DNA of 64,000 bases from Octopus vulgaris (GCA_951406725.2 OX597821.1:45384001-45448000); one strand, 5' to 3'. Shown: positions 25,100 through 39,161, counted from the stretch's first letter. Notes: generated from the letters alone by a model not told the origin. Program-made: numbers and translations.

Positions 25100-27318
25100 A
25101 TGATGAGGAGTACTTGTGCCAAGTCATTTGGGAAGGTGTCATATACCATGACTGGCATAGTAGTATTATTGTAAATTGCTCCAAGAGCAAAGGTTATGCC
25201 TTAAAGAGAAGCAACTACGAAGACATCAAACTACTTGACTTAGTTATGAACATCACAGAGGAAGTCATAGCTCAACTGATCTATGATAGAGTAAACCTGA
25301 ATGAGAAGCAGTTTGGTTTTGTCCCTAGAAGTGTTACCACAGATGCAATTTTCCTATGAGGATAAGAACCTAATGCTATTCCTGATTGTCATTGATTTGG
25401 AGAAAGCATTTGATGGGGTAACATGCTCAGTAATCTGGGGATCACAGAGGAAAATAGTTATAGATGAATGGCTTGTGTGGGTGGCACAAGCTATGTACAA
25501 GGATGCAGTAAGTAAAGTGAGAGTTGGCAATGACTTCAATAAAGGATTTAGAATGAAAGTAGAAGTCTACCTCATTCCTCTCCTATTCATCAGAATCCTT
25601 CAAGCTATCTTAGCAGAGTTTAAGACTAGCTGTCCACAGGGACTCCTATATGCTGATGATTAGTCCTCATAGCTGAATCTATAATGGAATTTGAGTAGAA
25701 ATTCCAGGCAAGGAAGCTAAACCTGGAATTGCAAGGCCTTCAGGTAAACTAGCAAAGAAAAAGGTTTTAGTTAGCTGGAAAAAAGGCATGACCCTTGTAC
25801 CTTCAGAAAAATAGCCTTGCTTGAAATGTAGAAAAAGAGTAGGTATAAATTCTATACACTGTACTTGTTGTGCAGCATGTACTATGAACATTCAGGAAAT
25901 ATAGTGGAATCAATGGCAGACTATCTCAGAATGTAAGCTTCATATGTAATAGAAGAACTGTTGGAGTGGTACATTAGATCACACTAGAAAATGATTTTCT
26001 TAAATTCCCCAATGTCTTGCTAGAAACAGTTGATAGCTTTTGTTACCTCAGATATGTAATTTGCAAAGGAAGTGGTTGCTCCAAAACTATGGTAGCTAGA
26101 GTAAGGCTTGGCTGGAGGAAGTTCAGGGAGCTACTACCATTGCTGATAACAAAGATATTTTTCCTTAGTATGAAGGGAAGATTGTATGATGCTTGTGTTA
26201 GAACTGCAATGCTACATGGTAGGGAGACATTGGCCTTGAATGCAGAAAACTTGAGAAAACTGGCAAGAAATGAAGCAACCATACTCCGTTAGATGTATCA
26301 TGTAAGTACAAAACTGCTGAATGAAAAACTGGGCACCAGAGGAATCAGATGCTGTATATAAGAAAAAGACTGTGCTGGTATGGACAAGTAATGCGTCTGG
26401 TTGAAGAGAGCTTTATAAAAAAGTGCTAATCACTTAATGTGGCTGGAATTTGCAGAAGAAAGACCCAGGAAGACATGGGCTGACCATGAGACACTGAGCC
26501 TAATGGAAAAGATGAAATAGACCTAGGATCTTTGGTAATATTACGTTCTCATAAAGACCGACCTTCATCAATAAAACTAACTTCTGGAAACACTTTGCAT
26601 ATTGTATATTGTGCTCCCCATCAAAGTTACAGTGACTCATCCTCTACCCCTGAGCCAACTTTCCTCCCATCACACACTATGCTTGTCTTCTCCCCACTCA
26701 CCTCTTGCAGACTACCCAACCATGTCATCTCTCCTTCTTGTTCTTCCCCTGTCAACTGTTACTTTCCTGCCACTCACCACCCCCAGCTCTCTGCAGCATC
26801 CCTATTTCTTTCCCAACTCAGGGCTCATTGTTCATCCACCATTCAACTCTACTCTAAATTTACAGTCTGTCTCCCTATCCCCTCACCTTCTGCTCCCCAT
26901 AGAATCATGCAAACCACACACCTACCCACTTCTTTTTACCTTGAGCTTTGTGAGGCCATAAAGGTTCTTCAATATCTATTTCTTTGCATTATCTTTTTTC
27001 TCCCTCCCGCTTCCTTACAACATGTGAGCAGCCATGCAAATATTCTACAAGAACCTACCCTAATCCCCACTCTTCTCAAAGTTTAACCCTTGTCGCTTGC
27101 ATGAAGCTTCTCCTACCCAAGAGTTTGTAGTTCTGTGAGCTACATGGTAATCCCAATAATGTAGGTGGCACAAAAAAAAAGCACCCAGTACATGCTGTAA
27201 ATTGGTTGACAGTAAGAAATCAGACATTGGAGCAGGATGCAATCTCTGGACTCAGTTCTTGTCAAGCCATCCAGCCCATGCCAACATGCAACATGGACAT
27301 TAAATGATGATGATGATA

Positions 27319-27362
<44 letters not shown>
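25100..27362 (+). mobile_element. Degraded 5'-truncated RTE LINE (RT, 3' UTR, (GAT)n tail)
   Basis: QFGFVP..TTDAIF, IDLEKAFD, LLYADD, VDSFCYL, with many stops and frameshifts; pyrimidine-rich UTR and GAT tail. Confidence 0.9.
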
Positions 27363-29516
27363 ACATGCATGAATAAAAACATGCAAGACATTGCTCAAGT
27401 TCGAAATGTAACATTTTTGTTATCTACATTCCAACAGTAGAGCTTTGTGCCTTTGTTCCAAACCAGTTCCTTCCTTATAGAAAGACTTCAAATTGTTAAA
27501 AACAGAAAAGTTGACACACACACACATGTATATGCTAATAAATTCTATAAACATAGGATATGTATTTTATTTTGCTATAAAACAGGCACATGTTCCAAAA
27601 TTTGTGAGGGTGGCATTTTGAACTTCATTTTGAACTTCAATTTTTTTGTGCAGAAAGATTTGAACTCAGAATATAATGTAAAGGAACTAAACATGAAACA
27701 ACATGAATAAAGAATATTCAAGCTAATTCTATTTCTATTTCTCTAATAAATCATGTGTTGATGTATATTGACAATAAGTGTAAAAGAAACATTATGTAAC
27801 ATCTTATACTGCATACTGAATTAATCACTTTTGTATATGTGTGTATAAATATAAATATATCTCTATAGCGAAAACATACAGTCTATAAACTGAAGGAACT
27901 GATAGAGAATTATCAACTTTCTGCTATCATATATCAACTGTTGTAGACATAGTCTAAGAAATCGTGATTTTTTTCATTGCTCAGAAGTTGAACGAAAAGA
28001 GTTAATTTGACTGAAATCATGATATCTTAGTTGCTAGCGATGTATGTTCTCACAATAGGTTTTAACAACAGGATTAGTTCAGAGCAATGCTAAAGATATA
28101 TATATTTCTTCACAAAATTAATTAAATTATACACATGATTGTGTGTAACAAATTTTATCTATGTGTATTTGTAAATATTTGGGTGTTTGTAAGTATTTAT
28201 GTCGGAATGAGTACACACACAAACACTCACACACACACACACACACACACATTTTCAACTATTTATACCTTAGAAGAAAGAAATGTGTATGTATGCGTGT
28301 ATGTGTGTGTGAGTATGTATATGTGTGTGTGTATCTACACACGCAAATAAACAAATGTTAAATATACAAGAAAGAGAGAGATCTGCACATTAACACACAC
28401 ATGCAATACAAACATTCACTGTCACATCTCCTTCCCACAGATCTCATACACATACACACACACACAGACACACTCACACAAACACATACGCAGATGATAT
28501 ACTCCCTAAACACATACACACAACAATGCATCCATGCTTACACATACATCATGCATACTTTCACACATTCACATCTATATACACACCTACCAACACACCT
28601 ACACCTGCACACACCTACGCATGCACACACCTACGCATGTACACACCTACGCATGCACACACACCTACACAAGTGGACCCCCCCGCCCACACACATACAC
28701 ATAGACACAAAACCAAACACCTCTCACCACCCACTACCACTGCCACCGCCAGCACCACTACCACCGCCACTGCCACCACAGACTTCCTCTCATAATCTCT
28801 GGCAGAGTTGTGTTGGCAGTTTTATGGTTCTATGACAAGTCTTACTATCACTTGTCAGGTTATATTGGCCTCCCACCTCTATATTTTCTATATATAACGT
28901 GATTTACCATTTATTTCAGATAAATTGAGAGACTTCTCTTAAAGATGTCTTCAACTTGCTGCTAATATAACAGGATTCCAAACAAAGAGAAAATAACAAC
29001 AACAACCAAACATAAAAATTAAAACAAAAAACAAATATAAAAATATATTAAATATATTTAAAGAAATGCTACAGCAGTAAGTATTGTGTTTATAATGAAA
29101 GCACAACTTAGTGTTTAGATATGTTGGTTTAGAATTGAAATTATTCTTAATTCGCTTTCTTCTCTTGCTTGTAGTTGATTCCACTGAATTGCCAGGTTTT
29201 CTTCATATTTGATGGGAAGACAACTTTGTTTTTACACTAACAAACAAGACCTGACAGAACATGACATACGATGGTTATTGTTGTTGTTGTGTTGTTGTTT
29301 TAACCCAAGGATATCCCTGAACTAGTAGACCTATAATTAAAGGGATTCTGACCATGCCCATACTGTCCTTTTTGTTGCTTTCACGTGTATTCTAGGTGTT
29401 CTTTTTTCTAAGACACCAGTGGGCAAGTTGAGAAATATTTAGCTGCTGTCTAAAAGCAGGTATTTAGCTGCTGTCTAAAGCAAGAACACATTGACAGTTG
29501 TTGTTGTTGTTGTTAT

Positions 29517-29714
29517 GAGCTGGCAGAATTGTTAGCTTGCCAGGCAAAATGTTTTGTGGTATTCCATCATCTTTATGTCTTGAGTTCAAATCCTGCCAAG
29601 GTTGACTTTGCCTTTTGGGGTCGATAAATTAAGTACCAGTGAAACACTGGAGTTGATGTAATAGACTATCCGCGCTCCCCCTAATTTCAGGCTTTGTGCC
29701 TGTAAAAGAAAGGA
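29517..29714 (+). mobile_element. tRNA-derived SINE family B
   Basis: GAGCTGGCAGAATTGTTAGC (box A), GAGTTCAAATCC (box B), GGGGTCGATAAATTAAGTACCAGT core. Other copies at 35157-35358 and 37593-37805 (+) and 44428-44625, 47558-47768, 49566-50178 (-). Confidence 0.85.
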
Positions 29715-29731
29715 TTATTATTATTATTATT

Positions 29732-32350
29732 GCAGTTCCAGGCAATGATGATTTTTGTAGGTGTTCAGCCTTTAAATTTGTACCTCTATTTTTGAGTCAT
29801 GCTGATAGTTGAATGCTGATACTCCCAAGTGTGCCAATTACTATTGGTGTCACATCCACTCTCTTCATTTTCCACAACCTGTGTGTTTTCCCCTTCAAAT
29901 CATCCTAGTTCTTCACTCTTTCTTCTTGTTTCTCTTTGATCCTGTTGTCAATGAGACATGCTATGTTGATCATCATGCAAGTGTTTTTCTTTCTTTGCTC
30001 ACCACAACACTGTCAGGCTTCTGATGTCTGATCTGATGGTCACACTGAATCAGTGCATCCTACAGCATTTTGTTGTCTTCATTCTCAGTAACTCCTTCTG
30101 GGATTTGATCATACCATGCTTTTGCTCTTTGTAAGCTGTAATTTTCACAGTGCTCCTATTAGATCATTCTTGCCACATTGTCATGTCTTTTGTATTTGCG
30201 TTGTGCTAATTTCAGGGATTCACTGATAATGTACCATACTGCTTCACCCCTCTCAACACACATTCTACATTTCTTACTCTCAGCTGTGTTGCCAATTCTG
30301 TACTTCACATAGTTTGTCATTAGTCCTTGTTCTTATGCCATGCATATAAATGCTTTTGTCTCTACCTTCAGGTCACTCCTTTTCATCCATAACCACTGGT
30401 CTTCTGTATCTGTCTTGGCATTCCTATCTCTTGCAAATTGACTGTATTTTTTTTCTCCTTTCCATGCTACTTCTTTTTGGGGGTTCTTTTCCTCTTCAAG
30501 TTTTCCTTCCTTTACATAATTATCAATTTTAATGATGCTAGACATCTTCATGTTCAATGGTTCTAGGGCATTTTTTGCATACTGCCCTTAGTTCTTTCCT
30601 TTACTTCAACACAATTCTAGCAACTGATCAAATCTCACACACCCTTTCTTCTGGACAAGTGCAACCTATCAGTGTCACTCTTGGGATGGAATGCTCCGTG
30701 CACTGTCAATATTTTCTGGTCTTCACATCCTTGCTCATCAGTTCTTTCTTTTGCCAGTTTACAATTTCAGCTCCATACCAAAGTGTTGCTATCGCCCATG
30801 TGTTTACTTCTTGGCTTTTATTCCATCCATTCAATTTTGAGTGCAATATCAATCTTAGTCTTTGGAAATATTCTTTCCTCGGCTGTTCTTTCATTTCCTT
30901 CACCATGATTTTATGGAACTCTAGTATGCCAAGGTATTTATAGCCTTCCTTTTCAATTTGTTTCATCACTTCTCTCTCTGGTAATTCTGTCCCTGCCAGG
31001 GACTGTACCTTGCCTCTTTACAGGGTCATTATATCACACTTCTTGAGTCCAAATTCCATTTTAATATCAGTACTAAAACAAGGGACCATGCTCACCAAAG
31101 AACTCCCTCATACCTCATCTTGTCATACAGCTTCAAATCATTCATGAAGATAAGGTTGATTCTTTGAGCTTTTCTCTTTAACTGATATCCCAGGTTCACT
31201 TTTCTCAGCACCAAGATCAAAAGGATCATGCAAAGAACAAAAGGCATTGGAGATAAGCTATCTCCTTGAAAATTCCCTCTCCTGATGCCCAGGATGCCCA
31301 AGCTTTGTCTGTATGATGTCAACTCAGCTTTCCAACCCACCATACTTCTCTTCAGAAAACATATTACATTCCTTGCAATTCCAGACAAATTTAAGCACTC
31401 AATGATTCATGAATGTGGAATCATATCATAAGCTTCGTGGTAGTCAATCCAGGCCATTCCCAAATTTGTCCCCCCTTTGCTTACAATCTTACATTACCAT
31501 TTTATCTCTCAATAGTTGGTTTTTAGTATATGTGCATCTCCCCCAACACCCACTTTGATCCATTGGTAAAATGTCATTATCATCAAGAAATTTGTACATT
31601 TCTTCTGCAATCACTCCTGACTATAACTTCCACATTAATGACAGGCAAGAAACTGACCTGTAGTTGTGAGCACCATTTCCATTTGATACATCCTTCAGGC
31701 ACAACACTTTGTCCTTTGGTCAACCACCGTGGGATTTCTTCTTCTCCACCAATCAGTTCATTAAACTGTTCTGAAATTAATTTATGGCACCTACTGAACT
31801 TCTTTATCCAAAATCCCTGTACACAATTAGGTCCTGCTGCTTTCCAGTTGCTCATCTTTTCGCTCATATTTCTGATGCCATCTTTGGTAAAGAGGATAGC
31901 TTCTTATTGGGGATAAAAAGCTATTTGCTTCAGGCTGCAGAGCCATTCAGTATTGTGTTATTTTTGCCTACTCCATATCTTACTCCAAAACTGTCGAGTT
32001 CCATCAACATCAGAAATTAATCTTTTGCATTCTATATCATCATTAATTTCTTGATAAAATCTTTTTTGGTTGATTCTAAACAATCGGCTTTGCTGGTATT
32101 GTTTAATCCATTGTTCAAACCTAGTTAGCTATGCTTTCTTGGCAAGTATGCACTGCTTTAGTTCTTCAATTACAACATTCAGTCCTTTCGTATCAACACC
32201 ATACTTCTTCAATTTTTCAAATTTGCAATCATTCTTCAATTCTCTTTTTCTTTTCTTGTCAAGTATTGACATTCCACTGTTCAGGGAACTTATATCTTCA
32301 GATAGTCTTCTTTTTTACCAAGGTTGTTTATTTCCTTTTCTTTCCATCAA
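29732..32350 (-). mobile_element. Degraded R4/Dong-type (RLE) non-LTR retrotransposon
   Basis: NWKAAGPNCVQGFWIK, IRRGNFQGDSLSP, FMNDLKLY, YKYLGILE, CCHC finger/RHDNV region; 3' end followed by (AAT)n. Confidence 0.88.
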
Positions 32351-32381
32351 TATTCTGTTATTATTATAATTATTATTATTT

Positions 32382-33213
32382 TTTCTTTCTTTGTTTAAAT
32401 TTTCTTCCGTTTCTTACCGAGTGTTTTCCGTACACCTAGGGTGGAGAAGCTCATTGTATGCATTCCCAGATTACACATGCAAATTCACAGGTAAAATATG
32501 TATTTAAAAAAATTAATAAATAAATAAATTCATGAATGGATGTTGTTTTCACAGCAACAATGCTCTTCTCAGTACATGAGTCGTTCCAGTTAACATGAGT
32601 TTTTGCACTTCCTGTAGGGATGGTAAGCCTGGTATCATTTTCAAATAGGTTTCAGTACCTTTTTTTATCATTCCTATAGATCCTATAATCACTGGTACTG
32701 TAGTCGCCTTGAGATGCCACATTTTTTCAATTTCTATTAGCAAATCTTTATATTTACTGATCTTATCAAATTCCTTCGCCACTATATTGTGATCGCAAGG
32801 AATACTCATGTCAATTAGTAAACACACCTTTTTTGTCTGATCTTTTATAATAATATCCAGTTTATTAGCTTTTATAGTTTTGTTGGTATGTACTTGGAAG
32901 TCCCAGAGAATCGACACATTTTCTCCTTCAGACACAGCTTCAGGATCGTGTTTATACCATTTGTCTGCGGTTTTGATTTTATAATGCCGGCATATTGTCC
33001 AGTGTAAATACTAGCCAACTCTGTCATGTCTTGCTTTATATTCTGCAGGTGTTAAGACTCTACACCCTGAGATTAGGTGGTTTATAGTTTCAATCTCATT
33101 GTTACAGAATCAACATTTTAGATCAGCTCCATTTTTTATCACGATGGCTTGGTAGTTCCGGGTTAATAAGCTTTGGTCTTGAGTAGCTAATATGAAACCT
33201 TCACTCTCTGCTT
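32382..33213 (-). mobile_element. R4/Dong-type element 3' fragment (restriction-like endonuclease plus 3' UTR)
   Basis: ILWDFQVHTNKTIKANKLDII...LIDMSIP...KISKYKDL; bounded by (TTA)n. Confidence 0.9.
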
Positions 33214-33237
33214 TTATTATTATTATCATTATTATTA

Positions 33238-33301
<64 letters not shown>

Positions 33302-33305
<4 letters not shown>

Positions 33306-33693
33306 TAGTTTTATTTTTATAGCGTGCTTTCACTTCACTACCGAGCGCAGCTCTGTGTGCCTTGGGTATGTGCTGTAATTTGTTGTGATGCTCTGATGGT
33401 TATTGTATGGAAAGTGTTCTGCGTAGGATGTGTGCAGTGCCTAGTAGTGCAATTTTCTGTATGTTATATGTGTTTGTAAGTCCTGGTGTTTTTGTTATGT
33501 ATTTGTCTGAATATTTTTTTATCATGCCTAATGCACCTACTATGATAGGAATTGTTTCTGTTTTCAGATTCCACATTCTAGTTACCTCTATTTCCAGGTC
33601 TTTGTATTTTGAGAGTTTCTCCATTTCTTTTAGAGACACGTTGTCATCTGCCGGTATTGATACATCATTTAGAAAGCATTTTTTTTCTTCATG
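33302..33693 (-). mobile_element. R4/Dong-type element 3' fragment, different subfamily
   Basis: DVSIPADDNVSLKEMEKLSKYKDLEIEVTRMW...IIVGALG; long (TTA)n on both sides. Confidence 0.9.
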
Positions 33694-33744
33694 ATATTAT
33701 TATTATTATTATTATTATTATTGTTATCAAAAATAATATTATTA

Positions 33745-33783
<39 letters not shown>

Positions 33784-34149
33784 GTCATTTACTTTTAATC
33801 TGCATGTTTGATGCAATCACTTGCCGGGGCACACCCAGCGCCCTAGGGCGAGTGAAGGTTAAGAGTTGTTGAAATATAGCTGAAAGCTTGGGGAGGGGAA
33901 ATTATTATTATTATTATTATTAAAAATAATAATATTATTATTGCCAGGGTTGCAAGCTAGCAGAAATGTGTCAGAATAATTGCTTTGTTCTATTTATCTT
34001 CTGAGTTTAAATCTTACTTTATTTTATCAACTACCAAAGGGACTGTACCAGTCAAGTACAGAAGCCAATGGTAATGACTATTCCCATTCTCTCAAATTGT
34101 TGGCTTTATGTCAGGTGTCTAGAAGGGAAGCTAGGAGACATCTATATTA

Positions 34150-34670
34150 AGCTAAGGGAGAAGCAGAAAGGAAGAAGTTCGTTAATGTTCTGTGGTGTGA
34201 GGAAAAAAGGTTTGAAGTATTTTGGATTATAAGACAGTGTGTCAGAGAAAATCATGATGTAGGAGAGAAGTGCATTGACACTGATAATAGTTCCCTTGTA
34301 ATTCATGATTTTGCAAAGAAAGAGGCTTGAAAGTGCCACTAAGAAAAGCTGCCAAATGTAGAGAGTGTATGGGAAATGGAGAGTGCCTAATGTGAGCTCA
34401 ACAGTGGGACCAGCAATCTGAATAGACAGTAGCTTGGTAGATAAAACAATTAAAGATATGAAGACAGGAAAGGCCTGTGATTCATCAAGAATCACTGCTG
34501 AGATGCTTAAAATATCTGGTGGAGTGGGATGCAGCCTAGTCACCCATATAGTTAATCAGGCTGTCCTGTGAGAGACATATTCAGTGACTGGTGTAGCAGC
34601 ATTATAGTCAATTGCTACAAAGATAAAGGTGGCACCTTAGACAGAAATAATTAGAGAGGTATAAACTTGA
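34150..34670 (+). mobile_element. Internal RTE LINE fragment (pre-RT linker)
   Basis: IKDMKTGKACDSSRITAEMLKISG...DWCSSIIVNCYKDKG, homologous to the 25140 and 42630 regions. Confidence 0.75.
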
Positions 34671-35357
34671 CCTCATGGAATTTCAACTCAGAATGCAAAG
34701 ACAGTCAGGCTCAACCAGTTATGGCCAAGGAACTGGCAAGCAAATCTGTGGTGTTGAGCAGAATATTTGCTGTAGCCCATCTTTTATACTAAGACAAAAC
34801 ATGTACATGGCAGTACTTCCAATCAGTTAAGATCAAAAGCCAGGAGAGCCACTGTCTCATCATCATCATCATCGTCATTTAGCATCTGTTTTCATGTTGG
34901 TATGGGTTAGACAGTTTGACTGGATCTGGGAAGTTTGAGAGCATCACTAAGCTTCAGTTACCTGTTTTCGCATGGTTACTACACCTGGATGCCTTTCCTA
35001 ATGCCAACTACTTTACTAGGTGCTTTTTGTCTGTCTTTACATTCTGATTTGAAATTCTGTCGAGTACCAGCTGAGCACTGGAGTTGATGTAATCAACTTT
35101 CACCCAGCCCTCAAACTTACTGACCTTGTGCCAAAATTTGAAACCATTATTTTTTTGGCAGAATTGTTAGCAGCTGCACAACTTGCTTGCTTAATGGCAT
35201 TTCATTCGTCTACATTCTGAGTTTTAATTCCATCAAAACTGACTTTGCCTTTCATTCTTTTGTGAGTGATAAAAAAAATGTCAGCCAAGTACTGGGGTCT
35301 ATATAATCCACTAGCTCCTTCCCCCAAATTACAGGTGGTGGGCTTATAGTAAAAAGG

Positions 35358-35394
<37 letters not shown>

Positions 35395-35395
<1 letters not shown>

Positions 35396-36251
35396 AAAGT
35401 GCCACACCCTGGCAGTTGAGGGGACCTGTGGAAGAGGTAGACCTAGGAAAACCTGGGTCGAGGTGGTGAAGCACGACCTTCGAACTCTAGGTCTCACCAA
35501 GGAAATGACCAGAGACCGAGACCTATGGAAGTATGCTGTGCATGAGAAGACCCGGCAAGACCAGTGAGAACAATCAAAATCAAATCGTATATCAGAAAGC
35601 AGGGGTTAAGTGACCCATCCGTTCGTGTCTGCTGTCAGCCTCGTCTGGCACCCGTGCCGGTGATACGTAAAAGCACCATTCGCTCGTGGCCGTTTGCCAG
35701 CTCTGCTTGGCCCCCGTGTCGGTGGCACGTAAAAGCACCATCCATTCGTGTTCGTTGCCAGCCTTGCCTGGCCCCGTGCCGGTGACACGTAAAAGCACCG
35801 TCCGTTCGTGGCCGTTTGCCAGCTCTGTCTGGCCCCGTGTCGGTGGCACGTAAAAGCACCATCCGTTCGTGTCCATTGCCAGCCTCGGCTGGCCCCCGTG
35901 CCGGTGACACGTAAAAGCACCGTCCGTTCGCGGCCATTTGCCAGCTCTGTCTGGCCCCGTGTCAGTGGCACGTAAAAGCACCATCCGTTCGTGTCCGTTG
36001 CCAGCATCGCCTGGCCCCGTGCCGGTGACACGTAAAAGCACCATCTGTTCGTGGCCGTTCGCCAGCTCTGTCTGGCACCTGTGCAGGTGGCACGTAAAAA
36101 ACACCCACTACACTTGCGGAGTGGTTGGCGTTAGGAAGGGCATCCAGCCGTAGAAACACTGCCAGATCTGACTGGGCCTGACAAAGCCTTCCAGCTTCAC
36201 AGACCCCAGTTGACCCGTCCAACCCATGCTAGCATGGAAAGCGGACGCTAA

Positions 36252-36282
<31 letters not shown>
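35395..36282 (+). mobile_element. RTE LINE 3' end: ORF terminus, 61-bp tandem-repeat 3' UTR, (GAT)n tail
   Basis: KCHTLAVEGTCGRGRPRKTWVEVVKHDLRTLGLTKEMTRDRDLWKYAV, then about 8 repeats and the conserved tail. Confidence 0.9.
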
Positions 36283-36284
<2 letters not shown>

Positions 36285-36289
36285 ACTAT

Positions 36290-36499
36290 GTTTTTTCCTT
36301 CTTTCTTCAAATTTTCTACTGTTTCTCGCCGAGTGTTTTCCATACACCTAGGGCAGAGAAGCTCATTGTATGTATTCCCAGATTACACATGCAAATTCAC
36401 AGACAAAATATGTATTTAAAAATTAATAAATAAATAAATTCATGGATGGATGTTGTTATCACGACGATAATGCTCTTCTCAGTACATGAGCCGTTCCAG
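36290..36499 (-). mobile_element. Extreme 3' end of the R4/Dong-type subfamily seen at 32382-33213
   Basis: Closely similar to 32390-32590 (TGTAHVLRRAL plus UTR). Confidence 0.88.
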
Positions 36500-36515
36500 T
36501 ATTATTATTATTATT

Positions 36516-36553
<38 letters not shown>

Positions 36554-36567
36554 TATTATTATTATTA

Positions 36568-37113
36568 TTGAGTGAGAGAGCAGTGTATGCCATTGAAGTG
36601 ACACTGGGGTACAAATATATGAAGCCCAATATACCTATCATGACTACCTGGCTGATAAGGGTACACCAGGAACATGCATCACAACCATATATGCATGAAA
36701 TGGTTATCTCATATCAAGAAAAACAGTGCATGGCCTTGCAGGTGTGGCCCAATTAGAATTTTCTTCATGTCAAGTAACCCATCCCACTCCAAAAGGTCCC
36801 TGAATAAGGTTTGCTTAGAGATGATGAATAAAACACTCATGTTTCCAGAGATGAATTATTGAAACCCAAAGAATTCCTCTCAACACATGGCTATAATGCT
36901 TCCCCACTACTTTTGCTCATGATCAGTGATGCACATATCATCAGCCACTAAGGGATATGCTCAACTGGTTAAGGTCAAGCAACTGACAAGCAAATCTGTG
37001 GTACTGAGCAGAATATTTGCTATAACCCATCTTTTATACCAAGACAAAACATGTGCATGATAACACTTCCAATCAGTTGAGATTAAAAGCCATGAGAGCC
37101 AGTGCCTGGTACT
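36568..37113. repeat. Unclassified ~545-bp interspersed repeat flanked by (TTA)n
   Basis: Second partial copy at 34736-34857; no recognisable coding motif. Confidence 0.6.
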
Positions 37114-37136
37114 TTATTATTATTATTATTATTATA

Positions 37137-37532
37137 GGCACAGGAGTGGCTGTGTGGTAAGTAGCTTGCTTACCAACCACATGGTTCTGGGTTCAGTCCC
37201 ATTTCATGGCACCTTGGGCAAGTGTCTTCTACTATAGCCTCGGGCCGACAAAAGCCTTATGAGTGAATTTGGTAGACAGAAACTGAAAGAAGCCCGTCGT
37301 ATATATGTATATATGTGTGTGTGTGCTTGTGTGTCTGTGTTTGTCCCCCCAACATAGCTTGAGAACCGATGCCATTGTGTTTACGTCTCCGTAACTTAGT
37401 GGTTCGGCAAAAGAGACTGATAGAATAAGTACTAGGCTTACAAAGAATAAGTCCTGGAGTCGATTTGCTCGACTAAAGGCGGTGCTCCAGCATGGCCGCA
37501 GTCAAATGACTGAAACAAGTAAAAGAGTGAAA
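37137..37532 (+). mobile_element. SINE family A copy
   Basis: Colinear with 484-892; inserted in (TTA)n. Confidence 0.9.
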
Positions 37533-37539
37533 GAGAGAG

Positions 37540-37591
<52 letters not shown>

Positions 37592-37830
37592 GGGCAGTGA
37601 GCTGGTAGAATCATTAGCACACTGGGAAAAATGCTTAGTGGCATTTTGTCCATCTTTATGTTCTGAGTTCAGATTCTACTAAGGTCGACCTTGCCTTTCA
37701 TCCTTTTGGGGGTCGATAAAATAAGTATCAGTTGAACAATGAGTCGATGTAATCAACCAGCCTTCACCCACAAAATTTCAGGCTTATGCCTATAGTAGAG
37801 AGGATTATAATTCTTCTTCTTCTTCTTCTT

Positions 37831-37895
<65 letters not shown>

Positions 37896-37897
37896 CA

Positions 37898-37977
<80 letters not shown>

Positions 37978-38588
37978 TCCAGAAATGCTGGAAGAAGTAA
38001 ATCTATGACAAGAATAACTGAGCAGTTAGTTTTATTGTTAGATGATGTAGTGGACTTAATTCATTAATATATCCATGTTTCTCTTGATTGCAAGTTCAAA
38101 CATTGTACAACCAAAATGATGAAAGTAGTAACCAGTTGAAGTGATTTATTCTAACCCCTTACCTCCAATAGTATTAGTCTTGTGCCTAAGTAAAAGATCA
38201 ATATTCAGTTAGATATTACCAAATGCTTTTTAAGCCTCTACCACCAGTTGTTGTTGTTGTTGTTGTTGTTACTTAATCCCAGCCCATCTCTAATCAGCAA
38301 ACCTGTGATCCAGAACATTCTAGCCATGACTATTCTGCTTTCTTATGAGACAACATTATCTGACATAACCTTCCTTTTAAAGACAATAGGATGTAATCTG
38401 ACTCCTGTTTCTAGAAGATTACATGACCACAGAAAGGAAGGGCTAATTATAAATAGTCCTACACTCTCATTGACTTGGTTTTCTACTAACTTATCTTTCT
38501 GCTGTTACTTCACCAATTATGTTACATGAACTACCAATGTATAATAATCAGCTCTGTTAAAATCTCTCTGTATTAATTTTATTTTCAG

Positions 38589-38888
38589 ATGGCTCCAGTC
38601 ATCAAAAGACCAATTTCTTCAATGCAGTGTTTAAACGAACCAAATTATCGAGTCTAGATTCTCTGTCTAATGATGGTTGTGTTGAATTTAAAAATATGTA
38701 CGGTGCTCGTATTATACACCGACGGCCAAAAGAGCTGGCTGAAGGACAAGGTCTCTGTATAGGCATTTCTATTCTTACTTATGAAGAACAATCCGGAAAT
38801 AAACTATTGGAGAAGAGCTTTGTATTTTCCAATCCCTGCAAAGAACTATGTAAGAAATGGGTGGAAGAAATAGAAAACATTCTTGCTG
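38589..38888 (+). CDS. CERKL: CERKL-like coding exon 2 (DGSSHQKTNFF...CKKWVEEIENILA), PH-like domain
   Basis: attttcag acceptor, G|gtaggt donor, 300 nt open, phase 1-1. Ends ..W...I.NILAG as in CERKL W...FKKILAG. Confidence 0.93.
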
Positions 38889-39161
38889 GTAGGTTTTGCT
38901 ATTCACTTCTTTAAATATTATTGATACATACATGTATACTGTCTATGTATATACCCATGCATATTTTTTCAATGTGTACAAATAACACGGAAAAAAATAA
39001 ATAAATAGTTACTAGGGTAGCAAAAATTCACATAAGCGCCAAGGATATTACAGCCTACTTATAAAGGTAGAAGTTCCAGGGTTAAGTGAAATGTTTTTGT
39101 ATAACATGGATAAATTAAGAAATGGAGTCAAAGGCTAGGTGTATTCAACTCATTTATACTT

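Noticed and set aside
28900-28975. Possible additional CERKL exon after ttatttcag
   Set aside because: In-frame stop within 8 codons, no good donor, and exons 1 and 2 already join in frame.
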